Positions 47,699 through 57,715 of a DNA stretch of 64,000 nt are shown here, piece by piece. Position numbers and translations under genes: made by a program. This stretch comes from Eledone cirrhosa. Its lineage: Eukaryota. The notes below the pieces were generated by a model that had not been told where the DNA came from, did not search any database, and saw nothing but the letters and a program-made list of their open reading frames with translations. Where the stretch lies: NCBI GenBank assembly GCA_964016885.1, contig OZ024743.1, positions 222,022,001-222,086,000 of the forward strand, given 5' to 3'. How positions within the stretch are numbered: position 1 is the first letter of the stretch; each line of letters starts with the position of its first letter.

Positions 47699-50600
47699 AT
47701 GACCTCACTCAGAATAGGCAGCATAAATGCGCGTGGCTTGGGGTCGTCATGGAAGCAGGGTCACCTGCTCAACGACCTCAGGTCACTAAACATAGATGTA
47801 GTGGCCATCAGCGAGACCAGAATCTCCGAAGCACGGGCCTTCGCACCGATCTTCGGCGGCTACGATGTGTACGCATCTCCCAGCCGTCCTGGATCCGGTG
47901 GAGGAGTTGCTGTGCTTTTTCGGAGAGGTTTGGATCTCGCCATACGGGCCATCTTCCTGGACCCAGAGGGTAAGCTGGTGGTGCTGGACGTGACCAGCGG
48001 AGACGGGCAAGCTTTCAGGCTAGTGGCCGTCTATGCCCCGACAGGAGCAGGGCGGCCTGATTTCTTCCGGCGTCTGGAGACCTTTCTTGGAACGTCGCGC
48101 TCTTTAGTGTTAGTGGGCGACTGGAACGGGATCTTAGATGCACGCTGGGACTGTGTGGGATTAGCGGATAGGGGTGGAGGGTGCAAGAGCCTCACCAACC
48201 TGCTCAGGCGTTTTGAACTGTCTGACAGGTACCGATTGGATTTCCCGAATGTGCCAATGTGGACTTGGACAAACCGCATAGGGTCATCCAGATCATATCT
48301 AGATAGAGTATTTTGTAGGGAAATAGATAGGTCTAGCATAGGCTGTCCACAATTCAAGATAGTCAGCTACACGGACCACAAATTCGTGATCTGTGTGCTT
48401 GACTTAGATAGGCTTCATAGACGAGGACCCGGCTACTGGAAGCTAAACGCGTCCTTACCAGCGCGCAAGGCCTACAGAGACCGGATTAGCGAACTAGTTA
48501 AGCGGGCGTTGACGGGGGCCATCGTCAACAACAAGTGGTGGTTTGCTCTGAAAAGAGCGATTAGAATAGAATCGATTAGGTTTAGTAAGGCTTTAGCAAT
48601 AGAGAAAAATAGAGCAGAGGGAGAACTAGTTAGAAAATTAGACGAGGCGCTTAGCAAAGGCATTGCGACCGACGTGCTTGCGGCGAAATTGGCCCTTGAC
48701 CAATTCTTCAATGCAAAGCACGAAGGCTGCGTTGTCAGAGCTAGGGTGCGTGCTCTCAGACACGAGGGGACGAAAGCCGTTCAATGGGCCCGAGTGGCGG
48801 AGGCGCGTCGTGGCAACAAAGCCACGATCCGGTCTTTGGTGGACCACGACGGGCGCATGCTACTCGATCCCGGGCAAATGTGTGAAGCTTTTCAGCGACA
48901 CTTCGCTCAGCTGTTCGGGGGCAGCGGGGGGCCGGGTAGAGGGATGGACTTTAGTGTCTACCTCGACGGACTGCCGCGGCTCTCGGCCACTGAGGCGAAG
49001 TGTTGCGAAAAGCCGATAACAGCCGCTGAAGTAAGGGAGGCAATGACTGGCTGCACAAGGGGTAAATCGCCTGGTTTGGATGGTCTGCCCTATGAACTTT
49101 ACGTACAGATGCCAGACTTGTTCGGAGGCCTCTTGGCGGACGTCTACTGCAACTGGCAACAGAACGGGAGAATTCCCAGTTCTGTGAGCCGAGGAGCGGT
49201 GGCACTGCTGAGAAAGGATCCGAACAAGGGGGATAACATAGACAATTTCCGGCCCATAACTCTGCTAAACACAGAGTTTAAGATTTTGGCCAAGGTGCTA
49301 GCAAAGAGGTTGGCGCTTGTCGTTGGTGGTCTGGTGGGAGAGGCGCAGACATGCGCCATTCCCGACAGATCCATCCACGACAACCTCCACCTCATGCGAT
49401 ACATCGTAGAGAAGGTAGCTAGGGAACCTGGCACGGGTGGGTCCTTGATCAATTTAGATCAGTCGAAAGCTTTCGATAGGGTCGACCATCGTTACCTAGC
49501 GGCAGTCCTGAGGGCGGCTGGCTTTGGGCCCGTCTTCAGAGGCTGGATCGCTGCCATGCACAGCGACATCTGCTCTGTGGTGAGAGTGAACGGTCACCTG
49601 TCGGAACCGTTCAACATCATGCGCTCGGTCCGCCAAGGATGTCCCCTCTCGTCCCTCTTGTACGTATTGACTCTCGAGCCATTACTGCACAAACTGGAGA
49701 CGTTGAGGGGAGTCCCGCGCGAACTAGGATGCGGAAGATCCGTGTCAGCATATGCGGACGATGTCACCGTAGTGGTGTCGAACGCCAAACACATCGAGGC
49801 GATCGGCACTACACTAAGAGAATACGAAGCGGTGACAGGAGCAATGATCAACCAGGAAAAGTCAGTGGGCCTGCAGCTCGGCACCTGGAGAGGCAGGTCC
49901 ATGCCGTCCAACAGCGTCGTCGGGCGCTGGACGGACGGACCGGTTAAATTGCTAGGGGTCTGGTTCGGTCCGGACCTCCAGACGGACAAAAACTGGGACG
50001 AGGTGACGAGCAGGGTGGCTTCTCTCACCCAGAAATGGGCGGAGAGGAAGCTATCCCTGAAAGGTCGAGCGGAGGTGGCTAACGCGTACATCGCGTCTGT
50101 CATCTGCTACCGCCTAACCGTCGTACCTTGTCCTAAGCCTCGCCTGACTGCGCTGGAGCGTTTGCTCTTTCGCTTTTTGTGGAAGGGACGTGCTCCGATG
50201 GTCAGGCGGTCCATCTGTTGTCAACACCCGCTACGTGGAGGGCTGGGCATGCCGTGGCTGATGATGCGCAGGCACGCGCTCAGGCTACGACATCTCCACC
50301 TCTTCCTCGACGGTGATCAGGTGTGGTCGCCGTTTGCTAGACGCGTTTTTCCCCAGCTCGTTTCCTTGACGGAGCTGCAGTCCTGGGTCAAGCGAAGACC
50401 GAGAGGGAGCGCCTGGAGACTGGAATGTCTTCAGGCGCTCACAGCCCTCGACCAATCGGGCAATGTGATCGGTGGAAACTCCACCTCGGCGTTCTATAGA
50501 GGATTAGTGGAGGGGAAGAGCGACGACGTACTTGGGGAAACTCTAGGCGTCGACGAAAATCAACTAGCCAATCTCTTCGGAAGAACTTTCGGGCCAGGGC

Positions 50601-51118
50601 CTATGGACAACTTCCAGAAATCTCTGGCCTGGCAGTGCTACCGAGGAGCCTTGCCAGTTCGGGATAAACTCTACAGGCATGGAGGTGCCGTCAGCCGGGC
50701 ATGTCCGAGATGCGCGCAGGGCGACGAAACCGTCCTGCACGCACTCGTCCAGTGTCCGAAAATTGCTGACTTGTGGGTTTATGTCGAACACCTGCTGTCG
50801 CGTTTAGGACGGATCCAGCTATCATCTGAGTCTATCGTGAGGATTGCCCCGCCCTCCTCCTTTAGCCGGGAAGGGCAGGCAGTTTTTATCTGTCTGGTGG
50901 CCATGGCGAAAGAGATAGTATGGTGGACACGTTTGAAAGGGCTGAAGACGAGCACTTACCTCTTCGGTGATGCTCTGATTGACTTTTTCAAATTTCATTT
51001 GAAAAGGAAAATCAGAGTAGAAAAGGAAGTGCTCTCTTCCCAGCATTTTGTTGAAAGATGGGTGAGAGAAGCAAGAATGGCCCGAGTGAATGGGCCGACT
51101 CTGAGTATATATCTGTAA
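47699..51118 (+). CDS. LINE ORF2 (1139 aa)
   Basis: Protein appears identical to copy 1. Confidence 0.96.
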   Translation: MTSLRIGSINARGLGSSWKQGHLLNDLRSLNIDVVAISETRISEARAFAPIFGGYDVYASPSRPGSGGGVAVLFRRGLDLAIRAIFLDPEGKLVVLDVTSGDGQAFRLVAVYAPTGAGRPDFFRRLETFLGTSRSLVLVGDWNGILDARWDCVGLADRGGGCKSLTNLLRRFELSDRYRLDFPNVPMWTWTNRIGSSRSYLDRVFCREIDRSSIGCPQFKIVSYTDHKFVICVLDLDRLHRRGPGYWKLNASLPARKAYRDRISELVKRALTGAIVNNKWWFALKRAIRIESIRFSKALAIEKNRAEGELVRKLDEALSKGIATDVLAAKLALDQFFNAKHEGCVVRARVRALRHEGTKAVQWARVAEARRGNKATIRSLVDHDGRMLLDPGQMCEAFQRHFAQLFGGSGGPGRGMDFSVYLDGLPRLSATEAKCCEKPITAAEVREAMTGCTRGKSPGLDGLPYELYVQMPDLFGGLLADVYCNWQQNGRIPSSVSRGAVALLRKDPNKGDNIDNFRPITLLNTEFKILAKVLAKRLALVVGGLVGEAQTCAIPDRSIHDNLHLMRYIVEKVAREPGTGGSLINLDQSKAFDRVDHRYLAAVLRAAGFGPVFRGWIAAMHSDICSVVRVNGHLSEPFNIMRSVRQGCPLSSLLYVLTLEPLLHKLETLRGVPRELGCGRSVSAYADDVTVVVSNAKHIEAIGTTLREYEAVTGAMINQEKSVGLQLGTWRGRSMPSNSVVGRWTDGPVKLLGVWFGPDLQTDKNWDEVTSRVASLTQKWAERKLSLKGRAEVANAYIASVICYRLTVVPCPKPRLTALERLLFRFLWKGRAPMVRRSICCQHPLRGGLGMPWLMMRRHALRLRHLHLFLDGDQVWSPFARRVFPQLVSLTELQSWVKRRPRGSAWRLECLQALTALDQSGNVIGGNSTSAFYRGLVEGKSDDVLGETLGVDENQLANLFGRTFGPGPMDNFQKSLAWQCYRGALPVRDKLYRHGGAVSRACPRCAQGDETVLHALVQCPKIADLWVYVEHLLSRLGRIQLSSESIVRIAPPSSFSREGQAVFICLVAMAKEIVWWTRLKGLKTSTYLFGDALIDFFKFHLKRKIRVEKEVLSSQHFVERWVREARMARVNGPTLSIYL

Positions 51119-51378
51119 ACTAAAGGTGGAAAACTGGGAGAGGGCACTTGCCTTGGTGGTCAGGGTCATTGTGGCTTTTTACTGGGCTTTCTCCACAAAT
51201 GTCCCTCCGAAGTCTCCCCCCTATTGGGGAATTTTTCATTGTTATTTTCATTGTTATTTTTGTTACATCCTCTGTTTTTGTTTTTTTACACGCAGAAATG
51301 CCCATTTGTACCGTCCTGCATTGTCCTGCACTGTCCTTAATGTCTACTTTATGTAAACCCTTGTGGTTAATAAAGAAA

Positions 51379-51422
<44 letters not shown>

Positions 51423-51639
51423 GAATGCTATGGTTGACGGAGGCTCGGCTCTGTAAGGTACTGTAAATTTTGAACGCTTTAACAATTGTAAATTGTTTAA
51501 AACTTAGACCAACTTGTAGACAAAAACACCCTCCTCCTCGTGAGAGGGGTCTTTCTGCCCGTTATTTGGCCCTTCGGGGTTAAATAACTGCTTATTGGGG
51601 GTTTGTACCCAATATTTATTTTAAACAAAAAAAAACAAC

Positions 51640-53730
51640 ATGGCTACGAAAAAGAATTTGCATAGGTCACTCCCACTCATTCCGTCTTCTTCTTCCTCAA
51701 TCGTCACTACAGCAGAGAGAAGATTGTCTCTCTCCCTCCCTTCTTTAAATGTGTCTCTCTCCCTCCCTTCTCTTTCGCAAGTGACGAAAGAAAAGAAAAG
51801 TCTCGTGCAAAGCGTGCAAGGTTTCTCCACGACGACGACGACAGCGACGAAACAGGTGTGCGGGAAATACGAAAACCCAGTTCATTCGTCTGACGTCAGG
51901 AATAATAGCAGTAGCAGCCGTAATAACAACAGCAACAGTGACAATGAAAACAACAGTAGCAGCCGCAACAGCATCACCAGCAGCATAAACAACAACAGCA
52001 TTAGCAGCAGCAACACCAACAACAACCACAGCAACAGCGGCGGAGGCAGTAGTCGTAGTACCTGCAGCAACAACAAAAGTACCAGCAGCTCTGACGACAA
52101 CAACAACAGCAGAGAAAAACCAATCTCATTTGCAGGTATTGCGAAAAATTTGGAAACAATCCTCATAACAAATGAGGAATTAGAGGAAGCGAAGAAGATG
52201 GTGACAAAGAACGGACACCGAGCAATCTGCAAGGCAGCGAAAAATTTTTTCGAAACCCAAGAGCACTGTACGGTCACGTACCGTACAGTAAGTACAAAAT
52301 CCCGTAGGGTGGAAAGAGCCACAGAGGCCCAAATACAAAAAGCCTTGGGGTCTGTGTGGCAGCGGAAAACGCACATCACCCGAGGCAAAAAATATGCCAC
52401 CGTAGACGTACTTTTTGCCACACCCCAGGAGGCAAAGGCCCAATCAGTAGTGACCCTAAGGAGCGAGGAAATGGTGTTGGTGCCCTCCTACTGTGGGCAA
52501 AAAATTGTGAGGGTCAAACTGACCCACGTCCCCCCCGGAATGACCCCTTCTTGGCTGGCCGCGTCTGTCCTCGTCGGAATCGAGGACAAAACAACTGTAC
52601 TGCAAGTACAGAAAAAAGTAAGAGAAGATTGGGTCGGCTCCTCCATTGAGATGCTAATCCAAACCAACCAGGAGTGCATCGAAGCTATCCCGGATGTGAT
52701 AGACTTCGATAACGGCACTCAACTTCCCATAAGTGTTGAGGGCAAACGCCCGAAATGCTTTCGCTGTGGATCGAAGACTCACCTCAGGGCCTTCTGCAAC
52801 GAGAAGACCCTGAGAAAGGAGAAAACCCCCCTCCTTCCGAATCCGGCTCCACGGCTACCAGCAACAGGACAAGCGGCAACCAGGAACGATAGGTCCGTGG
52901 CACCCATACCCACTCCACGGAAATCAAAGACAGCAGCAGCAGTGGAAATATTAACAACAACAACAGCAATACCAAATGCAGCTGCAACAGAGACTCCAGT
53001 GCAAACATCACCAACAACAACAAGTGAAAGAGTGGAGCTGGTACCCCTCCCCGACCTTACAGAATCAGACATGGAGTGTGAGGTGGGAGAGGGATGGCAA
53101 AAGGTCGCAAGAAGGCACAAACGCAGAAGCAGCGCATCGTCGCCTTTGAAAAGGGAGGAAAGAAATGAGAAAAGGGTAAAGTCTACTGCAAAGAGACCCA
53201 CAGCAGCAACACCACCAACACCATCACCACCCACACCAGCACCACCATCACCACCGGCGACAACCCCACCGCCAACAACACCTTCAACACCACAAGCACC
53301 AACATCGCAAACACAACAACAAAACACACACACCCAGCAACAACGACAAGAAAATAGCAGAACCACACCCCACCCCCAGAAAAACAAATGCACGGCAATA
53401 AACACACACAACAAGAAACTAATGACTTACATAATTGAACACACAGACATTTCACAACAGGACTACATAATACCAGCACCAATCAAAACGCCAACTAACA
53501 TAAGACTGCTAAAAATAGCACAGAAACAATACACAAACATTAAAACGAAATTCCCCAACGCAGTTGGTGATTTCAGGGACCTAGGAGGAACCATTAATCG
53601 AAGAGTATATTCAGACATTCTCTTAGAAGAGCCGACGACCAGCCGAAGGGACGATTCAACGGTCCCTTCACCAGACGATCAAGTGAAAAGGGATGTAAAA
53701 ACCATCCCTCCTCTACCAAAAATACGGTAA
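51640..53730 (+). CDS. LINE ORF1 (696 aa)
   Basis: As above, with NPAP and VARR variants. Confidence 0.9.
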   Translation: MATKKNLHRSLPLIPSSSSSIVTTAERRLSLSLPSLNVSLSLPSLSQVTKEKKSLVQSVQGFSTTTTTATKQVCGKYENPVHSSDVRNNSSSSRNNNSNSDNENNSSSRNSITSSINNNSISSSNTNNNHSNSGGGSSRSTCSNNKSTSSSDDNNNSREKPISFAGIAKNLETILITNEELEEAKKMVTKNGHRAICKAAKNFFETQEHCTVTYRTVSTKSRRVERATEAQIQKALGSVWQRKTHITRGKKYATVDVLFATPQEAKAQSVVTLRSEEMVLVPSYCGQKIVRVKLTHVPPGMTPSWLAASVLVGIEDKTTVLQVQKKVREDWVGSSIEMLIQTNQECIEAIPDVIDFDNGTQLPISVEGKRPKCFRCGSKTHLRAFCNEKTLRKEKTPLLPNPAPRLPATGQAATRNDRSVAPIPTPRKSKTAAAVEILTTTTAIPNAAATETPVQTSPTTTSERVELVPLPDLTESDMECEVGEGWQKVARRHKRRSSASSPLKREERNEKRVKSTAKRPTAATPPTPSPPTPAPPSPPATTPPPTTPSTPQAPTSQTQQQNTHTQQQRQENSRTTPHPQKNKCTAINTHNKKLMTYIIEHTDISQQDYIIPAPIKTPTNIRLLKIAQKQYTNIKTKFPNAVGDFRDLGGTINRRVYSDILLEEPTTSRRDDSTVPSPDDQVKRDVKTIPPLPKIR

Positions 53731-53765
53731 GTGGTCTTTCCCATCTTTTCCACTCTATTTTAAAC

Positions 53766-56700
53766 ATGACCTCACTCAGAATAGGCAGCATAAATGCGCG
53801 TGGCTTGGGGTCGTCATGGAAGCAGGGTCACCTGCTCAACGACCTCAGGTCACTAAACATAGATGTAGTGGCCATCAGCGAGACCAGAATCTCCGAAGCA
53901 CGGGCCTTCGCACCGATCTTCGGCGGCTACGATGTGTACGCATCTCCCAGCCGTCCTGGATCCGGTGGAGGAGTTGCTGTACTTTTTCGGAGAGGTTTGG
54001 ATCTCGCCATACGGGCCATCTTCCTGGACCCAGAGGGTAAGCTGGTGGTGCTGGACGTGACCAGCGGAGACGGGCAATCTTTCAGGCTAGTGGCCGTCTA
54101 TGCCCCGACAGGAGCAGGGCGGCCTGATTTCTTCCGGCGTCTGGAGACCTTTCTTGGAACGTCCCGCTCTTTAGTGTTAGTGGGCGACTGGAACGGGATC
54201 TTAGATGCACGCTGGGACTGTGTGGGATTAGCGGATAGGGGTGGAGGGTGCAAGAGCCTCACCAACCTGCTCAGGCGTTTTGAACTGTCTGACAGGTACC
54301 GATTGGATTTCCCGAATGTGCCAATGTGGACTTGGACAAACCGCTTAGGGTCATCCAGATCATATCTAGATAGAGTATTTTGTAGGGAAATAGATAGGTC
54401 TAGCATAGGCTGTCCACAATTCAAGATAGTCAGCTACACGGACCACAAATTCGTGACCTGTGTGCTTGACTTAGATAGGCTTCATAGACGAGGACCCGGC
54501 TACTGGAAGCTAAACGCGTCCTTACCAGCGCGCAAGGCCTACAGAGACCGGATTAGCGAACTAGTTAAGCGGGCGTTGACGGGGGCCATCGTCAACAACA
54601 AGTGGTGGTTTGCTCTGAAAAGAGCGATTAGAATAGAATCGATTAGGTTTAGTAAGGCTTTAGCAATAGAGAAAAATAGAGCAGAGGGAGAACTAGTTAG
54701 AAAATTAGACGAGGCGCTTAGCAAAGGCATTGCGACCGACGTGCTTGCGGCGGAATTGGCCCTTGACCAATTCTTCAATGCAAAGCACGAAGGCTGCGTT
54801 GTCAGAGCTAGGGTGCGTGCTCTCAGACACGAGGGGACGAAAGCCGTTCAATGGGCCCGAGTGGCGGAGGCGCGTCGTGGCAACAAAGCCACGATCCGGT
54901 CTTTGGTGGACCACGACGGGCGCATGCTACTCGATCCCGGGCAAATGTGTGAAGCTTTTCAGCGACACTTCGCTCAGCTGTTCGGGGGCAGCGGGGGGCC
55001 GGGTAGAGGGATGGACTTTAGTGTCTACCTCGACGGACTGCCGCGGCTCTCGGCCACTGAGGCGAGGTGTTGCGAAAAGCCGATAACAGCCGCTGAAGTA
55101 CGGGAGGCAATGACTGGCTGCACAAGGGGTAAATCGCCTGGTTTGGATGGTCTGCCCTATGAACTTTACGTACAGATGCCAGACTTGTTCGGAGGCCTCT
55201 TGGCGGACGTCTACTGCAACTGGCAACAGAACGGGAGAATTCCCAGTTCTGTGAGCCGAGGAGCGGTGGCACTGCTGAGAAAGGATCCGAACAAGGGGGA
55301 TAACATAGACAATTTCCGGCCCATAACTCTGCTAAACACAGAGTTTAAGATTTTGGCCAAGGTGCTAGCAAAGAGGTTGGCGCTTGTCGTTGGTGGTCTG
55401 GTGGGAGAGGCGCAGACATGCGCCATTCCCGACAGATCCATCCACGACAACCTCCACCTCATGCGATACATCGTAGAGAGGGTAGCTAGGGAACCTGGCA
55501 CGGGTGGGTCCTTGATCAATTTAGATCAGTCGAAAGCTTTCGATAGGGTCGACCATCGTTACCTAGCGGCAGTCCTGAGGGCGGCTGGCTTTGGGCCCGT
55601 CTTCAGAGGCTGGATCGCTGCCATGCACAGCGACATCTGCTCTGTGGTGAGAGTGAACGGTCACCTGTCGGAACCGTTCAACATCATGCGCTCGGTCCGC
55701 CAAGGATGTCCCCTCTCGTCCCTCTTGTACGTATTGACTCTCGAGCCATTACTGCACAAACTGGAGACGTTGAGGGGAGTCCCGCGCGAACTAGGATGCG
55801 GAAGATCCGTGTCAGCATATGCGGACGATGTCACCGTAGTGGTGTCGAACGCCAAACACATCGAGGCGATCGGCACTACACTAAGAGAATACGAAGCGGT
55901 GACAGGAGCAATGATCAACCAGGAAAAGTCAGTGGGCCTGCAGCTCGGCACCTGGAGAGGCAGATCCATGCCGTCCAACAGCGTCGTCGGGCGCTGGACG
56001 GACGGACCGGTTAAATTGCTAGGGGTCTGGTTCGGTCCGGACCTCCAGACGGACAAAAACTGGGACGAGGTGACGAGCAGGGTGGCTTCTCTCACCCAGA
56101 AATGGGCGGAGAGGAAGCTATCCCTGAAAGGTCGAGCGGAGGTGGCTAACGCGTACATCGCGTCTGTCATCTGCTACCGCCTAACCGTCGTACCTTGTCC
56201 TAAGCCTCGCCTGACTGCGCTGGAGCGTTTGCTCTTTCGCTTTTTGTGGAAGGGACGTGCTCCGATGGTCAGGCGGTCCATCTGTTGTCAACACCCGCTA
56301 CGTGGAGGGCTGGGCATGCCGTGGCTGATGATGCGCAGGCACGCGCTCAGGCTACGACATCTCCACCTCTTCCTCGACGGTGATCAGGTGTGGTCGCCGT
56401 TTGCTAGACGCGTTTTTCCCCAGCTCGTTTCCTTGACGGAGCTGCAGTCCTGGGTCAAGCGAAGACCGAGAGGGAGCGCCTGGAGACTGGAATGTCTTCA
56501 GGCGCTCACAGCCCTCGACCAATCGGGCAATGTGATCGGTGGAAACTCCACCTCGGCGTTCTATAGAGGATTAGTGGAGGGGAAGAGCGACGACGTACTT
56601 GGGGAAACTCTAGGCGTCGACGAAAATCAACTAGCCAATCTCTTCGGAAGAACTTTCGGGCCAGGGCCTATGGACAACTTCCAGAAATCTCTGGCCTGGC

Positions 56701-57185
56701 AGTGCTACCGAGGAGCCTTGCCAGTTCGGGATAAACTCTACAGGCATGGAGGTGCCGTCAGCCGGGCATGTCCGAGATGCGCGCAGGGCGACGAAACCGT
56801 CCTGCACGCACTCGTCCAGTGTCCGAAAATTGCTGACTTGTGGGTTTATGTCGAACACCTGCTGTCGCGTTTAGGACGGATCCAGCTATCATCTGAGTCT
56901 ATCGTGAGGATTGCCCCGCCCTCCTCCTTTAGCCGGGAAGGGCAGGCAGTTTTTATCTGTCTGGTGGCCATGGCGAAAGAGATAGTATGGTGGACACGTT
57001 TGAAAGGGCTGAAGACGAGCACTTACCTCTTCGGTGATGCTCTGATTGACTTTTTCAAATTTCATTTGAAAAGGAAAATCAGAGTAGAGAAGGAAGTGCT
57101 CTCTTCCCAGCATTTTGTTGAAAGATGGGTGAGAGAAGCAAGAATGGCCCGAGTGAATGGGCCGACTCTGAGTATATATCTGTAA
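53766..57185 (+). CDS. LINE ORF2 (1139 aa)
   Basis: Intact; variants GQSF, NRLG, FVTC, AAEL, EARCC, VERV. Confidence 0.96.
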   Translation: MTSLRIGSINARGLGSSWKQGHLLNDLRSLNIDVVAISETRISEARAFAPIFGGYDVYASPSRPGSGGGVAVLFRRGLDLAIRAIFLDPEGKLVVLDVTSGDGQSFRLVAVYAPTGAGRPDFFRRLETFLGTSRSLVLVGDWNGILDARWDCVGLADRGGGCKSLTNLLRRFELSDRYRLDFPNVPMWTWTNRLGSSRSYLDRVFCREIDRSSIGCPQFKIVSYTDHKFVTCVLDLDRLHRRGPGYWKLNASLPARKAYRDRISELVKRALTGAIVNNKWWFALKRAIRIESIRFSKALAIEKNRAEGELVRKLDEALSKGIATDVLAAELALDQFFNAKHEGCVVRARVRALRHEGTKAVQWARVAEARRGNKATIRSLVDHDGRMLLDPGQMCEAFQRHFAQLFGGSGGPGRGMDFSVYLDGLPRLSATEARCCEKPITAAEVREAMTGCTRGKSPGLDGLPYELYVQMPDLFGGLLADVYCNWQQNGRIPSSVSRGAVALLRKDPNKGDNIDNFRPITLLNTEFKILAKVLAKRLALVVGGLVGEAQTCAIPDRSIHDNLHLMRYIVERVAREPGTGGSLINLDQSKAFDRVDHRYLAAVLRAAGFGPVFRGWIAAMHSDICSVVRVNGHLSEPFNIMRSVRQGCPLSSLLYVLTLEPLLHKLETLRGVPRELGCGRSVSAYADDVTVVVSNAKHIEAIGTTLREYEAVTGAMINQEKSVGLQLGTWRGRSMPSNSVVGRWTDGPVKLLGVWFGPDLQTDKNWDEVTSRVASLTQKWAERKLSLKGRAEVANAYIASVICYRLTVVPCPKPRLTALERLLFRFLWKGRAPMVRRSICCQHPLRGGLGMPWLMMRRHALRLRHLHLFLDGDQVWSPFARRVFPQLVSLTELQSWVKRRPRGSAWRLECLQALTALDQSGNVIGGNSTSAFYRGLVEGKSDDVLGETLGVDENQLANLFGRTFGPGPMDNFQKSLAWQCYRGALPVRDKLYRHGGAVSRACPRCAQGDETVLHALVQCPKIADLWVYVEHLLSRLGRIQLSSESIVRIAPPSSFSREGQAVFICLVAMAKEIVWWTRLKGLKTSTYLFGDALIDFFKFHLKRKIRVEKEVLSSQHFVERWVREARMARVNGPTLSIYL

Positions 57186-57445
57186 ACTAAAGGTGGAAAA
57201 CTGGGAGAGGGCACTTGCCTTGGTGGTCAGGGTCATTGTGGCTTTTTACTGGGCTTTCTCCACAAATGTCCCTCCGAAGTCTCCCCCCTATTGGGGAATT
57301 TTTCATTGTTATTTTCATTGTTATTTTTGTTACATCCTCTGTTTTTGTTTTTTTACACGCAGAAATGCCCATTTGTACCGTCCTGCATTGTCCTGCACTG
57401 TCCTTAATGTCTACTTTATGTAAACCCTTGTGGTTAATAAAGAAA

Positions 57446-57498
<53 letters not shown>

Positions 57499-57715
57499 GA
57501 ATGCTATGGTTGACGGAGGCTCGGCTCTGTAAGGTACTGTAAATTTTGAACGCTTTAACAATTGTAAATTGTTTAAAACTTAGACCAACTTGTAGACAAA
57601 AACACCCTCCTCCTCGTGAGAGGGGTCTTTCTGCCCGTTATTTGGCCCTTCGGGGTTAAATAACTGCTTATTGGGGGTTTGTACCCAATATTTATTTTAA
57701 ACAAAAAAAAACAAC

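Larger units (their letters stand above)
45356..51422 (+). mobile_element. Full-length Tx1-like LINE, array copy 2 (6067 bp, tail (ATT)14)
   Basis: Near-identical to copy 1 with the same 5' start gaatgctatgg. Confidence 0.95.
51423..57498 (+). mobile_element. Full-length Tx1-like LINE, array copy 3 (6076 bp, tail (ATT)17)
   Basis: Near-identical to the other copies, with several private substitutions. Confidence 0.95.
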